Made by a program: the position numbers and the translations under genes
Notes under the pieces: generated by a model
What the model was told of the DNA's origin: nothing
The model's input: only the letters and a program-made list of their open reading frames with translations
Databases searched by the model: none
Assembly: GCA_025352235.1 (NCBI GenBank)
Contig: JANXTU010000403.1
Coordinates: 1-63,794 of the forward strand
DNA: 63,794 bases
Direction: 5' to 3'
Origin: Fimbriiglobus sp.
GTDB taxonomy: Bacteria > Planctomycetota > Planctomycetia > Gemmatales > Gemmataceae
Shown here: in pieces, positions 8,976 to 18,372 of the stretch
How the letters are laid out: the number at the start of each line of letters is the position of its first letter
Numbering within the stretch: position 1 is the first letter of the stretch

Positions 8976-11900
8976 TTGCCTGTTCGGAATTCGCTCAAAA
9001 TGGGATATAGTTGGATTGTGATCAATTCGATTCCAGTTCGACGGATCCTCCTGTTGGCCACAGTTGTGGCCGGCCTGTTCGTCGGCGGTTCGTCCGTAGG
9101 ACTCGCTCAGCCCACGCCCGCCCCAGAACCCACCAAAGCGGCGGCGATCAAACTGCCGGACGGCACGGTCGTCTTCTGGACGAAGAATCCGGACGAAGCG
9201 AACCCGGCCGTCGAAGGGGTCGTGCTCACCCCGCAAGAGTACAAGGCGTTGGTGGAACAAGCGGAATTGGCCAAGAAGGCCAAACCGCAGGCGCCGAGCG
9301 CCGTGGCCATCCGGGGGAAAATTGAGCCGCGCGGCGAACGCCTCGTCGCGGCGCTGTCGCTGACGTATTCCTTCCGGACGACGCAACCGCGTACGCTTCT
9401 GATACTCGGCTGCCAGCGGAGCGTGCTCGTCGCCGCGAAAACCGGCCAAGGGAAGTTACCGATTCTCAATCCGCCCGGCGACGAGGGGCTGACTCTCCTC
9501 GCCGATGCCGCAGGGGAACAAACGCTGACGCTCGACGTCGAGATCCCCATCGCGGCGCGGGGAGTCAAAAATGAGATCGGCTTCGACATCGGCTTGCCCC
9601 GCGCGGCCATCACCACCTTGAAACTTGACGCGGGCCCGGCCACCGGGATCAAATCCGTGGCGCTCGGGACGCGGATACCGGAGGTGGCGTCCCTCCTTCC
9701 GATACGCCCCAGCGAGGCGAAGCGATTCTCGGTCTCGGTCGAGCAACTCGTGGCCAAGCCGATACCGTTGGGCGCGACCGACCTGCTCGAACTCACATGG
9801 GAGCCGCTCTCCCCAACGTCCCCGAGCGCCGCGGCCCTGCCGACCCTCGATAGCGAGTTGATCGTGAACGTGGAGGAATCGCAAATCGAAACCGTGGCCA
9901 AGTTGAAACTGCGCGGCGCTTTCAAGGAATGGCCGCTGCAACTACCGGCGGGGTCGGACGTGACCGTGGAACGCGCGCCTACGCCCGGCGTCGGTCCGAC
10001 GGCCCAACCGGAACCGATGCCGCCGACGGTGCTGCGGCCCACCGACGCCAACAAGCCGGTGTGGGTCATCCGTACCCCCGGCGAGAATCCGGATGCGGAA
10101 TGGCTCGTCACGGCGACGCATCGCGTCCCGCGGCCGAAGCCCGGCGATCCCAAATTCCGAGGGCCGTACCTAGTCGGACCCTACGCCCTCGGGGTCAACG
10201 CGAAGCAATCGGGTCGGATCAACGTGTTCGCCGGCCCGACCGTGCGCTTGAGTTTCAAGCCGCTCCCCGAATTTCGCCGCCTCGATCTCCCCGCGGCGGC
10301 GACGGACGATCACATCGCCCAATTCGCATTCGCGGCGTTGGCCCCGCTTCCGCCGAACGGGCGGGCGGGCGCGTGGTTCGAAATCGACGCCCGCGTCGCC
10401 CCGACCGCCATCCGGGCCAAGTCGAACCACCAATTGAAACTGACGCCCGGAGGTTGGCGGTTGGAAACGACGGTTCGCATCGTCCCGCCGCCCCGGGGGG
10501 AACTGGAACAGATCGCCGTGGAAATCCCCGAAGGTTGGTCGGCGCTCGAAGCCTCCCCGGAAGAATTGGTCGAGAGCATCCACATCGTGAAGGACGGGTC
10601 GCCGCGGCTCTGGGGCATCCGATTCCACACGGCTCAGAAATCGGCGTTCACGCTGAAGTTGCTGGCGACGTTTCCGCTGCCGATCAAGTCGGGGACGCTG
10701 GAGGAACGCGAGTCGAAGCTAGCACTGGCCTTGCCGAGGTTCCCGCAAGCCGACGAACGCGAAACGATCCTCGCGGCGACCGTGCCGGACGGCTTCGAAC
10801 TCCGCGGCAACGCCGCGTTGTGGGAAGGGGGCCAGCCCTCCGCCGCCAGCGATCCGTTGACCCCGTCGATCGGGGGGGCGAATCGAGCGGCCATCACCGC
10901 CGTCGGCGGGACGTTCGACCGGGCCGTCGCCCGCGTCGAGTTGAGCTGGCAAACGCACCGCCCCGCCCTCGCCGTCGAGAACCGGGTCGATGTTTCGCTG
11001 CAACCGCGGCAATTGTTCATCCAACAGGTATTGAAGTTCAAACCGAGCCAAGACGACCGCCGCACGATTCGCCTCCGCGGGCCCGAACATCTCCTCGGGT
11101 TGCAGTCCGTCCCCGCGCTCGACCCCGTCGGGCCGGGGCGTTGGGAGTTCCGTTCGAATGCGGAACCGGGCAAAGAATTCACCCTGACCGTCGCATTCGC
11201 CCTGCGGTTAGCGAACTCCGAGGCCGACCCGGCCGTGTTCTTGCTCTGGCCGGAATCGGCGACGCGGATCGATTCGGTATTGCGCCTCTGGGGCGGGGGC
11301 ACCGGGCGCCGGGTCGAGAAGTACGCGGGGGATTGGCGCGAACTCCCTTCCGAACCCGTCCCCGAGCGTGATGCGTTGCCACTGCTCACGCTGGCGGCAT
11401 CGGGTGCAGGGGCGCCGCTGACGCTCGACCTGAGTGCACTCGGCGATTCGGGACTGCCCACCGTCTGGGTCGAGCGCGCCTACGTCCGCGGCACCGTCGC
11501 CGAGTCCGGTCTCGTGCTCCAAGAAAAACTTTTGCTGAAGCGCTGGCTCGGATCGAGTTTGGACGTGGAATTGCCCCGGGTCGACAGTCTCGAAGTGTGG
11601 ATCGAAGGGAGACCGGTCGAAGCGATCCCGCAGCCGGCGTCCGCCGATTCCCCGGAACTTTGGTCGTTGACGGTGCCGTTGCCGGAATCGAAACCGAACA
11701 AGCCGCTGGTCGTGGAACTCCGCTACCGGACAGCGAGCGCGAAATCGAACTACCGGGAACGGCTCTGCGTGCCGCCGAAGATCCGCGGAGCGGTGTACCG
11801 GACGCCCGTCCGGTGGCTGCTGGCGACCGACTCCGACCAAATGGCGTTCATCCCTTCGGGCCGTTGGGATCCGGAGTTCCGCTGGGCGCGGCGCGGTTTC

Positions 11901-12482
11901 GGCTTCGCCCCGACGGCGGCCGAATCCCCCCAAGAATTGGATGCCTGGCTGACCGCCGGCACGGAAACCGAGTCGGGTGAACCGTACCCGTGGCAGCGCA
12001 CCGGCGGCGACTCGATCGCCGGGAGGCAATCCGATCCGCAACCCGTCCCCGTGATGTTGATCCCGAAGTCCGCGTGGATCGCCGGTTGGTCGACAGCGGT
12101 GTTCGCGATCGGTTGGGCGTTGTCCCGACTCCGCAAGCGGCGGCTCGGCGTCGCGCTCGCGTTGACCGGAATCGGTCTCGCCCTCGCCGGAGCCCTCGCC
12201 CCGCAGGGGTTGGCCCAAGCGCTCGCAGGCACGCCGCTCGGCGCGGCGGCGCTCGCGCTGACTTTGGCCGCCGGCTTCACCTGGCGATTCTACCGCCTCC
12301 GTTCCGTCGAGCGATTGCCCGGATTCAGCCGCGAACGCCAGCGTCCGACCTCGGTGCGGGCCACCGAGATACCAGTCGCCGACCCCGAGAGTGGCCAACG
12401 CGCTTCGCGCGGTCCGGGCGCCGCGGCCCAACCCCGCAGCGGTGCGGGGAGTATCGCCCCGCCCGTTTCGATGGGAGGTTGA
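8976..12482 (+). CDS. giant envelope protein 1: N-terminal signal/anchor, about 1000-aa ectodomain, C-terminal TM cluster; no recognised domain
   Basis: The frame is open for 1168 aa with strong G/C third-position bias. A hydrophobic N-terminus (RRILLLATVVAGLFVGGSSVGLAQP) and a C-terminal hydrophobic cluster (AWIAGWSTAVFAIGWAL..LGVALALTGIGLALAGAL..AAALALTLAAGF) are present. ATG 9000 is an alternative start. Confidence 0.7.
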   Translation: MPVRNSLKMGYSWIVINSIPVRRILLLATVVAGLFVGGSSVGLAQPTPAPEPTKAAAIKLPDGTVVFWTKNPDEANPAVEGVVLTPQEYKALVEQAELAKKAKPQAPSAVAIRGKIEPRGERLVAALSLTYSFRTTQPRTLLILGCQRSVLVAAKTGQGKLPILNPPGDEGLTLLADAAGEQTLTLDVEIPIAARGVKNEIGFDIGLPRAAITTLKLDAGPATGIKSVALGTRIPEVASLLPIRPSEAKRFSVSVEQLVAKPIPLGATDLLELTWEPLSPTSPSAAALPTLDSELIVNVEESQIETVAKLKLRGAFKEWPLQLPAGSDVTVERAPTPGVGPTAQPEPMPPTVLRPTDANKPVWVIRTPGENPDAEWLVTATHRVPRPKPGDPKFRGPYLVGPYALGVNAKQSGRINVFAGPTVRLSFKPLPEFRRLDLPAAATDDHIAQFAFAALAPLPPNGRAGAWFEIDARVAPTAIRAKSNHQLKLTPGGWRLETTVRIVPPPRGELEQIAVEIPEGWSALEASPEELVESIHIVKDGSPRLWGIRFHTAQKSAFTLKLLATFPLPIKSGTLEERESKLALALPRFPQADERETILAATVPDGFELRGNAALWEGGQPSAASDPLTPSIGGANRAAITAVGGTFDRAVARVELSWQTHRPALAVENRVDVSLQPRQLFIQQVLKFKPSQDDRRTIRLRGPEHLLGLQSVPALDPVGPGRWEFRSNAEPGKEFTLTVAFALRLANSEADPAVFLLWPESATRIDSVLRLWGGGTGRRVEKYAGDWRELPSEPVPERDALPLLTLAASGAGAPLTLDLSALGDSGLPTVWVERAYVRGTVAESGLVLQEKLLLKRWLGSSLDVELPRVDSLEVWIEGRPVEAIPQPASADSPELWSLTVPLPESKPNKPLVVELRYRTASAKSNYRERLCVPPKIRGAVYRTPVRWLLATDSDQMAFIPSGRWDPEFRWARRGFGFAPTAAESPQELDAWLTAGTETESGEPYPWQRTGGDSIAGRQSDPQPVPVMLIPKSAWIAGWSTAVFAIGWALSRLRKRRLGVALALTGIGLALAGALAPQGLAQALAGTPLGAAALALTLAAGFTWRFYRLRSVERLPGFSRERQRPTSVRATEIPVADPESGQRASRGPGAAAQPRSGAGSIAPPVSMGG

Positions 12483-12484
12483 CC

Positions 12485-15400
12485 GTGTTCGCACGTCGCT
12501 ACCTCTGCGTCGCCGCAGTTGGCTTGCTCTTGGGCGCCGCGGCAGCGGCGCTCCCGGGTCGACCGCGCGGGACTCCGGTGTATGCGGCCGCACTCGGGGG
12601 GAGCGCGCTGGCCCCGGATGTGGATCCTCTCCCCGATCCCTTCCCGATCCAACGCATCTTTTTACCGGTCGCGCGCCCCGAGCGATTGAAGCCTGAAATC
12701 GTCCAAGGCACGTATCGCTCGCTCTCCAAGTTCGAGTTCGAGGCGAAAGTTCAAGCGGCGGCGCGCGAACGGATCGCGGCGCAGAATCCCCCGCGCTTGC
12801 TCGAGGCGACTTACCGGGCTTCCGTCGAATCGGGGCGCGTGTTCGGCACGGCCGATTGGACGCTGGGTCACCCGTCGAACACCGGCGGCGCGATGGCGAT
12901 CGACCCGCTCCCAGGTGCGATCCATTCGCCCAAATGGACCGACGGCTCGACGCCGATCTTGTACCGGAGCCCGGCCGGTGGCAAGCCACCGGCCCCGACC
13001 TACCTCTGGGTCGAAGGGCCGATGCAAAGTCGCTTCGAGTTTCAATGGTCGACCCGGATTGTGGAACAACCGGACGAAGAGCGTTGTGCGCTGACTTTCC
13101 CGGCGTCCCCGATCGCCTCGCTCGAACTGACTTTGGACGCGGCCCGCATTCCGAGGCTCGACGCGCCGGGGGCGTTGCTCACGGGGCCGTTTCCCGCCGC
13201 AACGGGAGACAAGCGACTTTGGAAGGTGGCGTTCGGCGGCCGGACGCAACTGGATTTGGCCTTCCGTCAAGGGCTGACCACCGACGATTCCAAAGCCGCT
13301 GTCCGAGCGACCTGCGCCGCGAGTTGGAAACTGCTCCGCTCCGAAACTGAGGGCCGGTTCGATATCACCCTCCAGTCGACGCGACAGGGTAGCCGGCAAC
13401 GGATCTTCCGGGTCGATCCCGGAGTGCAGATTACGGGCGTCACCGGGCCGGCGGTCGAAAGTTGGCAATGGGATGGCGGATCGCCCACTCGGGAATTGAC
13501 TGTCCGGTTACGCGATGACGCGCAACCGGCCCGATTCGCCATCACCGTGCGGGCGCCGGCCGCGCTCGCATCCGGGAGTTGGACCCCGCCCCAGATCCGG
13601 CTCGCCGACGGTTTCACCCGCGGGGAGAGCATCGAAATTCTACTCGCCCCGGAATGCAAACTGGACGGCTGGCAACCGTGGGATTATCGGATCGGATCGA
13701 CCGCGACGGCGGCGGATCATTCGACGAAACTCGAATTCGTCCCGGCCCTCGCGGCGACCGAGGGCCGGGTCGACCGACGGCCGCCGACGATCCGCATCCG
13801 CGCGAGCGATCGCGAATTCACGACGGTGGAAACACTCGATTGGCGATTGGAACCGGGCCGGACGAAGGTCGCGTTGACCTGCGTGGCCACGGTCGTCCGC
13901 GGTCCGATTCCGAGCTTCGCGTTCCAAGCTCCGGCGGGATATATTTTGGTGAACGCCGCGATTTCACCCGATGATCCGGGTGTCGCGTTCGGGGTTCAAC
14001 CGGGTTTGTCCAACGGTTGGTTCGTCGAGCCGACCCGCGCCGTCGCGTCCGGATCGAGCCTCGAAATCCGTTTGGAGTTCCGTACCGCCGGCGCGGCGAT
14101 CCCGCTCGATTCCACCCGGTCGGATCTCGGCCGGTTCGTGCCGATTCCCAAAATCGTGCCCGTCGGCGCCGCGCAGCGCCAGGGTGCGATCTCCGTTCGC
14201 CCCGCTCCCGGCGTCAAAGTTGCGCCGGCCGCTTCGGATACGAACGCCGTGCCGCCGGTAGGCGAACCGGGCTACACGTGGAGCTTTCGCGGTCGCGAAC
14301 CCGACCTCGAAGTTTTCGTGACGCGTGCGAAGCTAGCGATTTCGGCAGTTTCGGAGACTTCGCTGACCGGTACGGCCTCGCTCTGGCAAATCGCTTCGAC
14401 CGTGCGGGGGCGGGCCGAAGGCGCCCCCTTGGGATCGATGCTCGTTTGGGTCCCCGGCGCGACCGCGACTTGGGCACTCGACCCGGGGGCTGTGGCGAAC
14501 CGCGTGCCCGGCGACGCTCTGCTGCCTTGGCTGGCGTATTTCGCCGCGGGTCAACGCGGTTTTGGAGTCGCCCTCGCGGCGGTTGCCCAGCCCGAGCCGG
14601 GCACACTCTGGAAGATCTCGTTCGGCAAGCCTCTCGCGGGCGATTTCACCTGCCGAGTCGAATGTGCGGTCCCGCGCCGGTTCGGCGACCGCGTCATTCC
14701 GCTCCCACATTTTCTCGGGGCGTCGATGGCCGATGAGACGGTGAAACTCGACCCGGACTCGGCTCGGAAGTTCCGCGCGGAGCGCACCGACCATCGGCCG
14801 GACGCGCGGCCGTACATCTTACTTTCATCGAAGGAATTAGACCCCGCGGAAGTCGCCACTTCGGCGGGGCGCGCGTGGGTTTATCGCAATTTGCAGCTCC
14901 AAGGCCGAATCGAATCGGACGGCGTCCGTTTCACGCTCCGCGGAGTCGTCGCGGAAACCGGGGCGGCGAGATTGCCGATCGCACTCGGCGGAGCCGGACT
15001 GGAATCGGTGACCCTCGACGGGAAACTCGTGGTCCTCACCGCCGCCGAATTGGAAAATTCCGGTGTGCCGATCCGGGCCGGCACGGAAATCGAAGTTTGC
15101 TTCCTCGCTCCGGGCCGACGGGACGACTTCGCCCCGATCGCCGTGGCGGACGCGACGCTGGCTCCGTTGCCCGGCGGACCCGAAATCTCGCGGACTTGGA
15201 TCGCCGGTTCGGACCTCCGCAGTTGGCCGAGCCTCGAAACCGGCGAACTGAACGAACGGGCGGAGCGGGTACAATTCGTCCGCGAATCGACCGTCGCGGC
15301 GGCGGCCCGGATTGCGGCGGTGCTACTCGCATTTCCCATTCTGATCGGAGTCGCGTCGTCCCGTTACCGCGCAACGCTCATCGCGGCTCTCGCGGTCTCG

Positions 15401-17578
15401 ACCGCGCTCGGGTTCGCTTTATGGCTGGCCCCGCCGGGCTGGAGCTCGGCGTTGCGCCCCCCGCTGTTCATCGCCCTGGGCGGGGCCGCAATCGCGCTCT
15501 GGTTCCAACCGGTGCACCGACCGACGAGTTCCGGGCTCGTGTGGATCGTCGCCGCGTCGGTGTTCGCCTCCGACGGGATTGCCCAAGCGCCGGAAACGGT
15601 GGTGGTTTACGTGGTGCCCGGCCCGAGCGACGCTGAAGGATACCGGGTCTTGGTTCCCAAAACGGCGCTCGACAAACTCGACGCGCTCGCCCGGCCGGGA
15701 GTTCCAACGCTGGCGATCCTTTCGGCGGAATACGAGTGTCTCGCCGCCGGGGAAACTGTGAATGTCCAAGCGAAGTTTCAAATCCTGTCCCAAAAAGCGG
15801 ACGAACAAATTCTCGCGCTCCCTTTGGCGGGGGTGCGGCTCGAAAAGGCCATGCTCGACGGTCGGGATGCGTTCCCGGACGCGGGCCAACCCGACCGCTA
15901 CCTTGTGGCGATCCGCGGCGCGGGGCGTCACGAATTGATCGCGAGCTTCGCCGTGCCCGTGCAATCGGCGGGAATCGACCGCGATGCCAAGTTCGGCGCG
16001 CCCGATCTCCCCATCGCCCGCGTTTCATTCGCGGCGGGATTGCGCGGCCGTCAACTCGACGTTCCGTCTCGGCGCGGTGGCCAATCGCTGCGGGTGAGCG
16101 CCGACGGCCTGCGCGTGGAAGCGGATCACGGCGGCGGCCGCACGATGCAACTTCATTGGCGAGAACGCGGGATTGCTGACGGAGCCAAACCCACCGTGAC
16201 GGTGAAAGAAGGGGCCGTGTGGGACCTCGGCGAAACGAATTCCACGCTCGCGGCCGCATGGCAATACCGCGTCGAGGGCGGGACCTTGAGCACGTTAAAA
16301 ATCGAATGGCCCGCGCACGTGCCGCCCACGCGGGTGAGCCTCGTCTCGGCGCAGGGGGGGCCGCTCGATTCGGGCGTCCGCAATTGGAATGTCGGCCCGT
16401 CCGCCAACGGCACCGTCCCCATCGAAGTGAAGTTGCAATCGGCCTTGGAAGGGCGTTTCACGCTGATTGTTAAGGGGGATTCGACGGAGATCCCTTCGGC
16501 GAAACCCGTGCTGCACTTCCCGCGGTGCGCCGATGTCGCGGAGTCTGACCGGGATAGCTTCCATGCTGTGCGCTTCGCCGGGGTGAAATCCGAAGGTGTT
16601 GTCGTCGGCGGCGCCATCGATTTCCCCGCCGATGCCGTGGCCCGCGAGTTCGCCAACGTTCCCGAATTCCAATTCGCGAAATCCCCGCCCGCCCGGGTCG
16701 TCCGCCGGGCCGCGGGCCAAGCGACCGAACTCCGGCCGACGCTGTTGCCCAACGCCGCTTACCAACCGTTGGCCGGGGAGGCCACCTACACGATCGGCCG
16801 ACGGATCGGCGTCGAAGGGACGATGCGTGCTTCGGCCAAAGAATCGGGGAGCGTGGAGTTCGACGTGCCCGCCGATGTGCAACTGAACGACGTTTGGGCG
16901 ACTGAATTGGCCGGCTGGTCGCGCGCCGGTTCGCGCGTCCAAGTCTGGTTGGCCCGACCGGTGCCCGAAGTGATCATCCGCTGGTCGGGGCTATTGCCGA
17001 ATGCGACCCCGGCCGAGGGGATCGTCGAATTGCCGCTTCCGCGTTGGCCCTCCACCGTGGCCAAGCTCGCCGAACCGTTGACGGTCCGCGTGCGCGCCGC
17101 ATCCGGTTGGTCGATCCAGCCGATCCCCGTCGTCGGGTTGAAAACGCAACCGGCCCCGCTCCCGGACGACTGGGTTTTGACCGCAGAATCGGATCGGATC
17201 TCCGCCGTCAAGTTCACCGCGAAGTTCAGTCCGAAATTCGAATCGGTCGCCGAACGGCCGAAGCCAATCGCCCCGACCCCGGCGCCGCCAGCGGTCGCGG
17301 CATCGCCGTCCGACGTCATCGAAAAACCGGAGCCGATTCCGAGCGGGTCGCTGTGGCCGGGCATCTGGCTCTTCGGCGTCCTCGCGGTGGCCGCACTCGC
17401 CGGTCTCGGAAGTCGGCGTTGGCGACCCGAGATGTTCCTGCTGCTGGGCGCGGTCGCCGCGGCAATCCTCGGCATCGAATCGCTTGAGGCGATCCCGTTT
17501 TGGTCCGTCGCCGCGTACGGCGCTGCGCTGAGAGGATTTCGGGGCGTGCGGTGGTTGCTGCGCGGCGAAGAGATGTGA
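12485..17578 (+). CDS. giant envelope protein 2 (about 1697 aa): two further copies of the unit seen in protein 1
   Basis: GTG 12485 lies 2 nt after the TGA of the upstream gene and opens onto a signal-like VFARRYLCVAAVGLLLGAAAAALPG. Internal TM cluster at about 15290-15560 and C-terminal TM cluster at about 17340-17530. The ORF-track start at 11990 overlaps the upstream gene and is rejected. Confidence 0.7.
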   Translation: MFARRYLCVAAVGLLLGAAAAALPGRPRGTPVYAAALGGSALAPDVDPLPDPFPIQRIFLPVARPERLKPEIVQGTYRSLSKFEFEAKVQAAARERIAAQNPPRLLEATYRASVESGRVFGTADWTLGHPSNTGGAMAIDPLPGAIHSPKWTDGSTPILYRSPAGGKPPAPTYLWVEGPMQSRFEFQWSTRIVEQPDEERCALTFPASPIASLELTLDAARIPRLDAPGALLTGPFPAATGDKRLWKVAFGGRTQLDLAFRQGLTTDDSKAAVRATCAASWKLLRSETEGRFDITLQSTRQGSRQRIFRVDPGVQITGVTGPAVESWQWDGGSPTRELTVRLRDDAQPARFAITVRAPAALASGSWTPPQIRLADGFTRGESIEILLAPECKLDGWQPWDYRIGSTATAADHSTKLEFVPALAATEGRVDRRPPTIRIRASDREFTTVETLDWRLEPGRTKVALTCVATVVRGPIPSFAFQAPAGYILVNAAISPDDPGVAFGVQPGLSNGWFVEPTRAVASGSSLEIRLEFRTAGAAIPLDSTRSDLGRFVPIPKIVPVGAAQRQGAISVRPAPGVKVAPAASDTNAVPPVGEPGYTWSFRGREPDLEVFVTRAKLAISAVSETSLTGTASLWQIASTVRGRAEGAPLGSMLVWVPGATATWALDPGAVANRVPGDALLPWLAYFAAGQRGFGVALAAVAQPEPGTLWKISFGKPLAGDFTCRVECAVPRRFGDRVIPLPHFLGASMADETVKLDPDSARKFRAERTDHRPDARPYILLSSKELDPAEVATSAGRAWVYRNLQLQGRIESDGVRFTLRGVVAETGAARLPIALGGAGLESVTLDGKLVVLTAAELENSGVPIRAGTEIEVCFLAPGRRDDFAPIAVADATLAPLPGGPEISRTWIAGSDLRSWPSLETGELNERAERVQFVRESTVAAAARIAAVLLAFPILIGVASSRYRATLIAALAVSTALGFALWLAPPGWSSALRPPLFIALGGAAIALWFQPVHRPTSSGLVWIVAASVFASDGIAQAPETVVVYVVPGPSDAEGYRVLVPKTALDKLDALARPGVPTLAILSAEYECLAAGETVNVQAKFQILSQKADEQILALPLAGVRLEKAMLDGRDAFPDAGQPDRYLVAIRGAGRHELIASFAVPVQSAGIDRDAKFGAPDLPIARVSFAAGLRGRQLDVPSRRGGQSLRVSADGLRVEADHGGGRTMQLHWRERGIADGAKPTVTVKEGAVWDLGETNSTLAAAWQYRVEGGTLSTLKIEWPAHVPPTRVSLVSAQGGPLDSGVRNWNVGPSANGTVPIEVKLQSALEGRFTLIVKGDSTEIPSAKPVLHFPRCADVAESDRDSFHAVRFAGVKSEGVVVGGAIDFPADAVAREFANVPEFQFAKSPPARVVRRAAGQATELRPTLLPNAAYQPLAGEATYTIGRRIGVEGTMRASAKESGSVEFDVPADVQLNDVWATELAGWSRAGSRVQVWLARPVPEVIIRWSGLLPNATPAEGIVELPLPRWPSTVAKLAEPLTVRVRAASGWSIQPIPVVGLKTQPAPLPDDWVLTAESDRISAVKFTAKFSPKFESVAERPKPIAPTPAPPAVAASPSDVIEKPEPIPSGSLWPGIWLFGVLAVAALAGLGSRRWRPEMFLLLGAVAAAILGIESLEAIPFWSVAAYGAALRGFRGVRWLLRGEEM

Positions 17579-17581
17579 AGT

Positions 17582-18217
17582 TCAATCGTCGTCGCGGACG
17601 CGCCGCGCCCGCTGCGGGGATTCGTCGTCCGCATCGCGATCCCGGCGCGGTTCGCGATCCCGTTCTCGTTTGGCCGCGCGCCGTTCCTGCCGCGCTTCTT
17701 CATCGCGATCCCGCTCTTCTTCCAAGGCGACGATGAAGTTTTCGTGGACGCCCACCAACGTGATGTCCCGGTCCGTGATTTCCTTTGGTCGGACGCTTGT
17801 ATTCTGCAAAATCAATGCGACGATCAACACGAAGAACAACCCGACCCCGGCCGCCAGCGCGGTGTAGAGTCCGATGTCGGGGCCTTGGTTTCGCCCGCCG
17901 GGCTCGTTGGACAGCACGAGGCCGACGACGACCAAGCCGATGCAACCGAGGACGCCGAACAGGGCGAAGAGCTGCCGCCAGAGCCAATGGCCCTTCTTGC
18001 CCGGAACGATCGGGACATCGACGGTGATGTCTTTGCGCAGGATCATCGCCACGATGAGGTACGGCAACAACCCGCCTAGAATCAAAATGTTGACCCACGG
18101 CGGCGTCCAACGGAACGTCCGCCGCTTGATGTCGGTCGTGGGCTCGCCGGTGACGACGCAGACCTGCGGGAGGAGGTTGTTTTGAACTTCGTATCGGGTG
18201 ATGCGGACAGTCGCCAT
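17582..18217 (-). CDS. membrane protein with an Arg/Asp/Glu-rich C-terminal tail (hypothetical)
   Basis: Three hydrophobic helices: WVNILILGGLLPYLIVAMIL, LFALFGVLGCIGLVVVGLVL and LYTALAAGVGLFFVLIVALIL. The tail reads EERDRDEEARQERRAAKRERDREPRRDRDADDE. The start is chosen at MATVRI; upstream Met codons at 18283 and 18406 are possible. Confidence 0.6.
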   Translation of the reverse strand: MATVRITRYEVQNNLLPQVCVVTGEPTTDIKRRTFRWTPPWVNILILGGLLPYLIVAMILRKDITVDVPIVPGKKGHWLWRQLFALFGVLGCIGLVVVGLVLSNEPGGRNQGPDIGLYTALAAGVGLFFVLIVALILQNTSVRPKEITDRDITLVGVHENFIVALEEERDRDEEARQERRAAKRERDREPRRDRDADDESPQRARRVRDDD

Positions 18218-18372
18218 GGTGTGTCCCCGCCGATGAAATACTTCAGGAACAAAGTATCTGGAATCGGGCGGAACGTCCTTCATCCGGAATTCACCGGTCC
18301 GATTGGGGCAATCCCTATGCTGACCGTGGTCGCTGATTCCCGGCGACGTCCCGACTCCGAACCGAGACGCAC

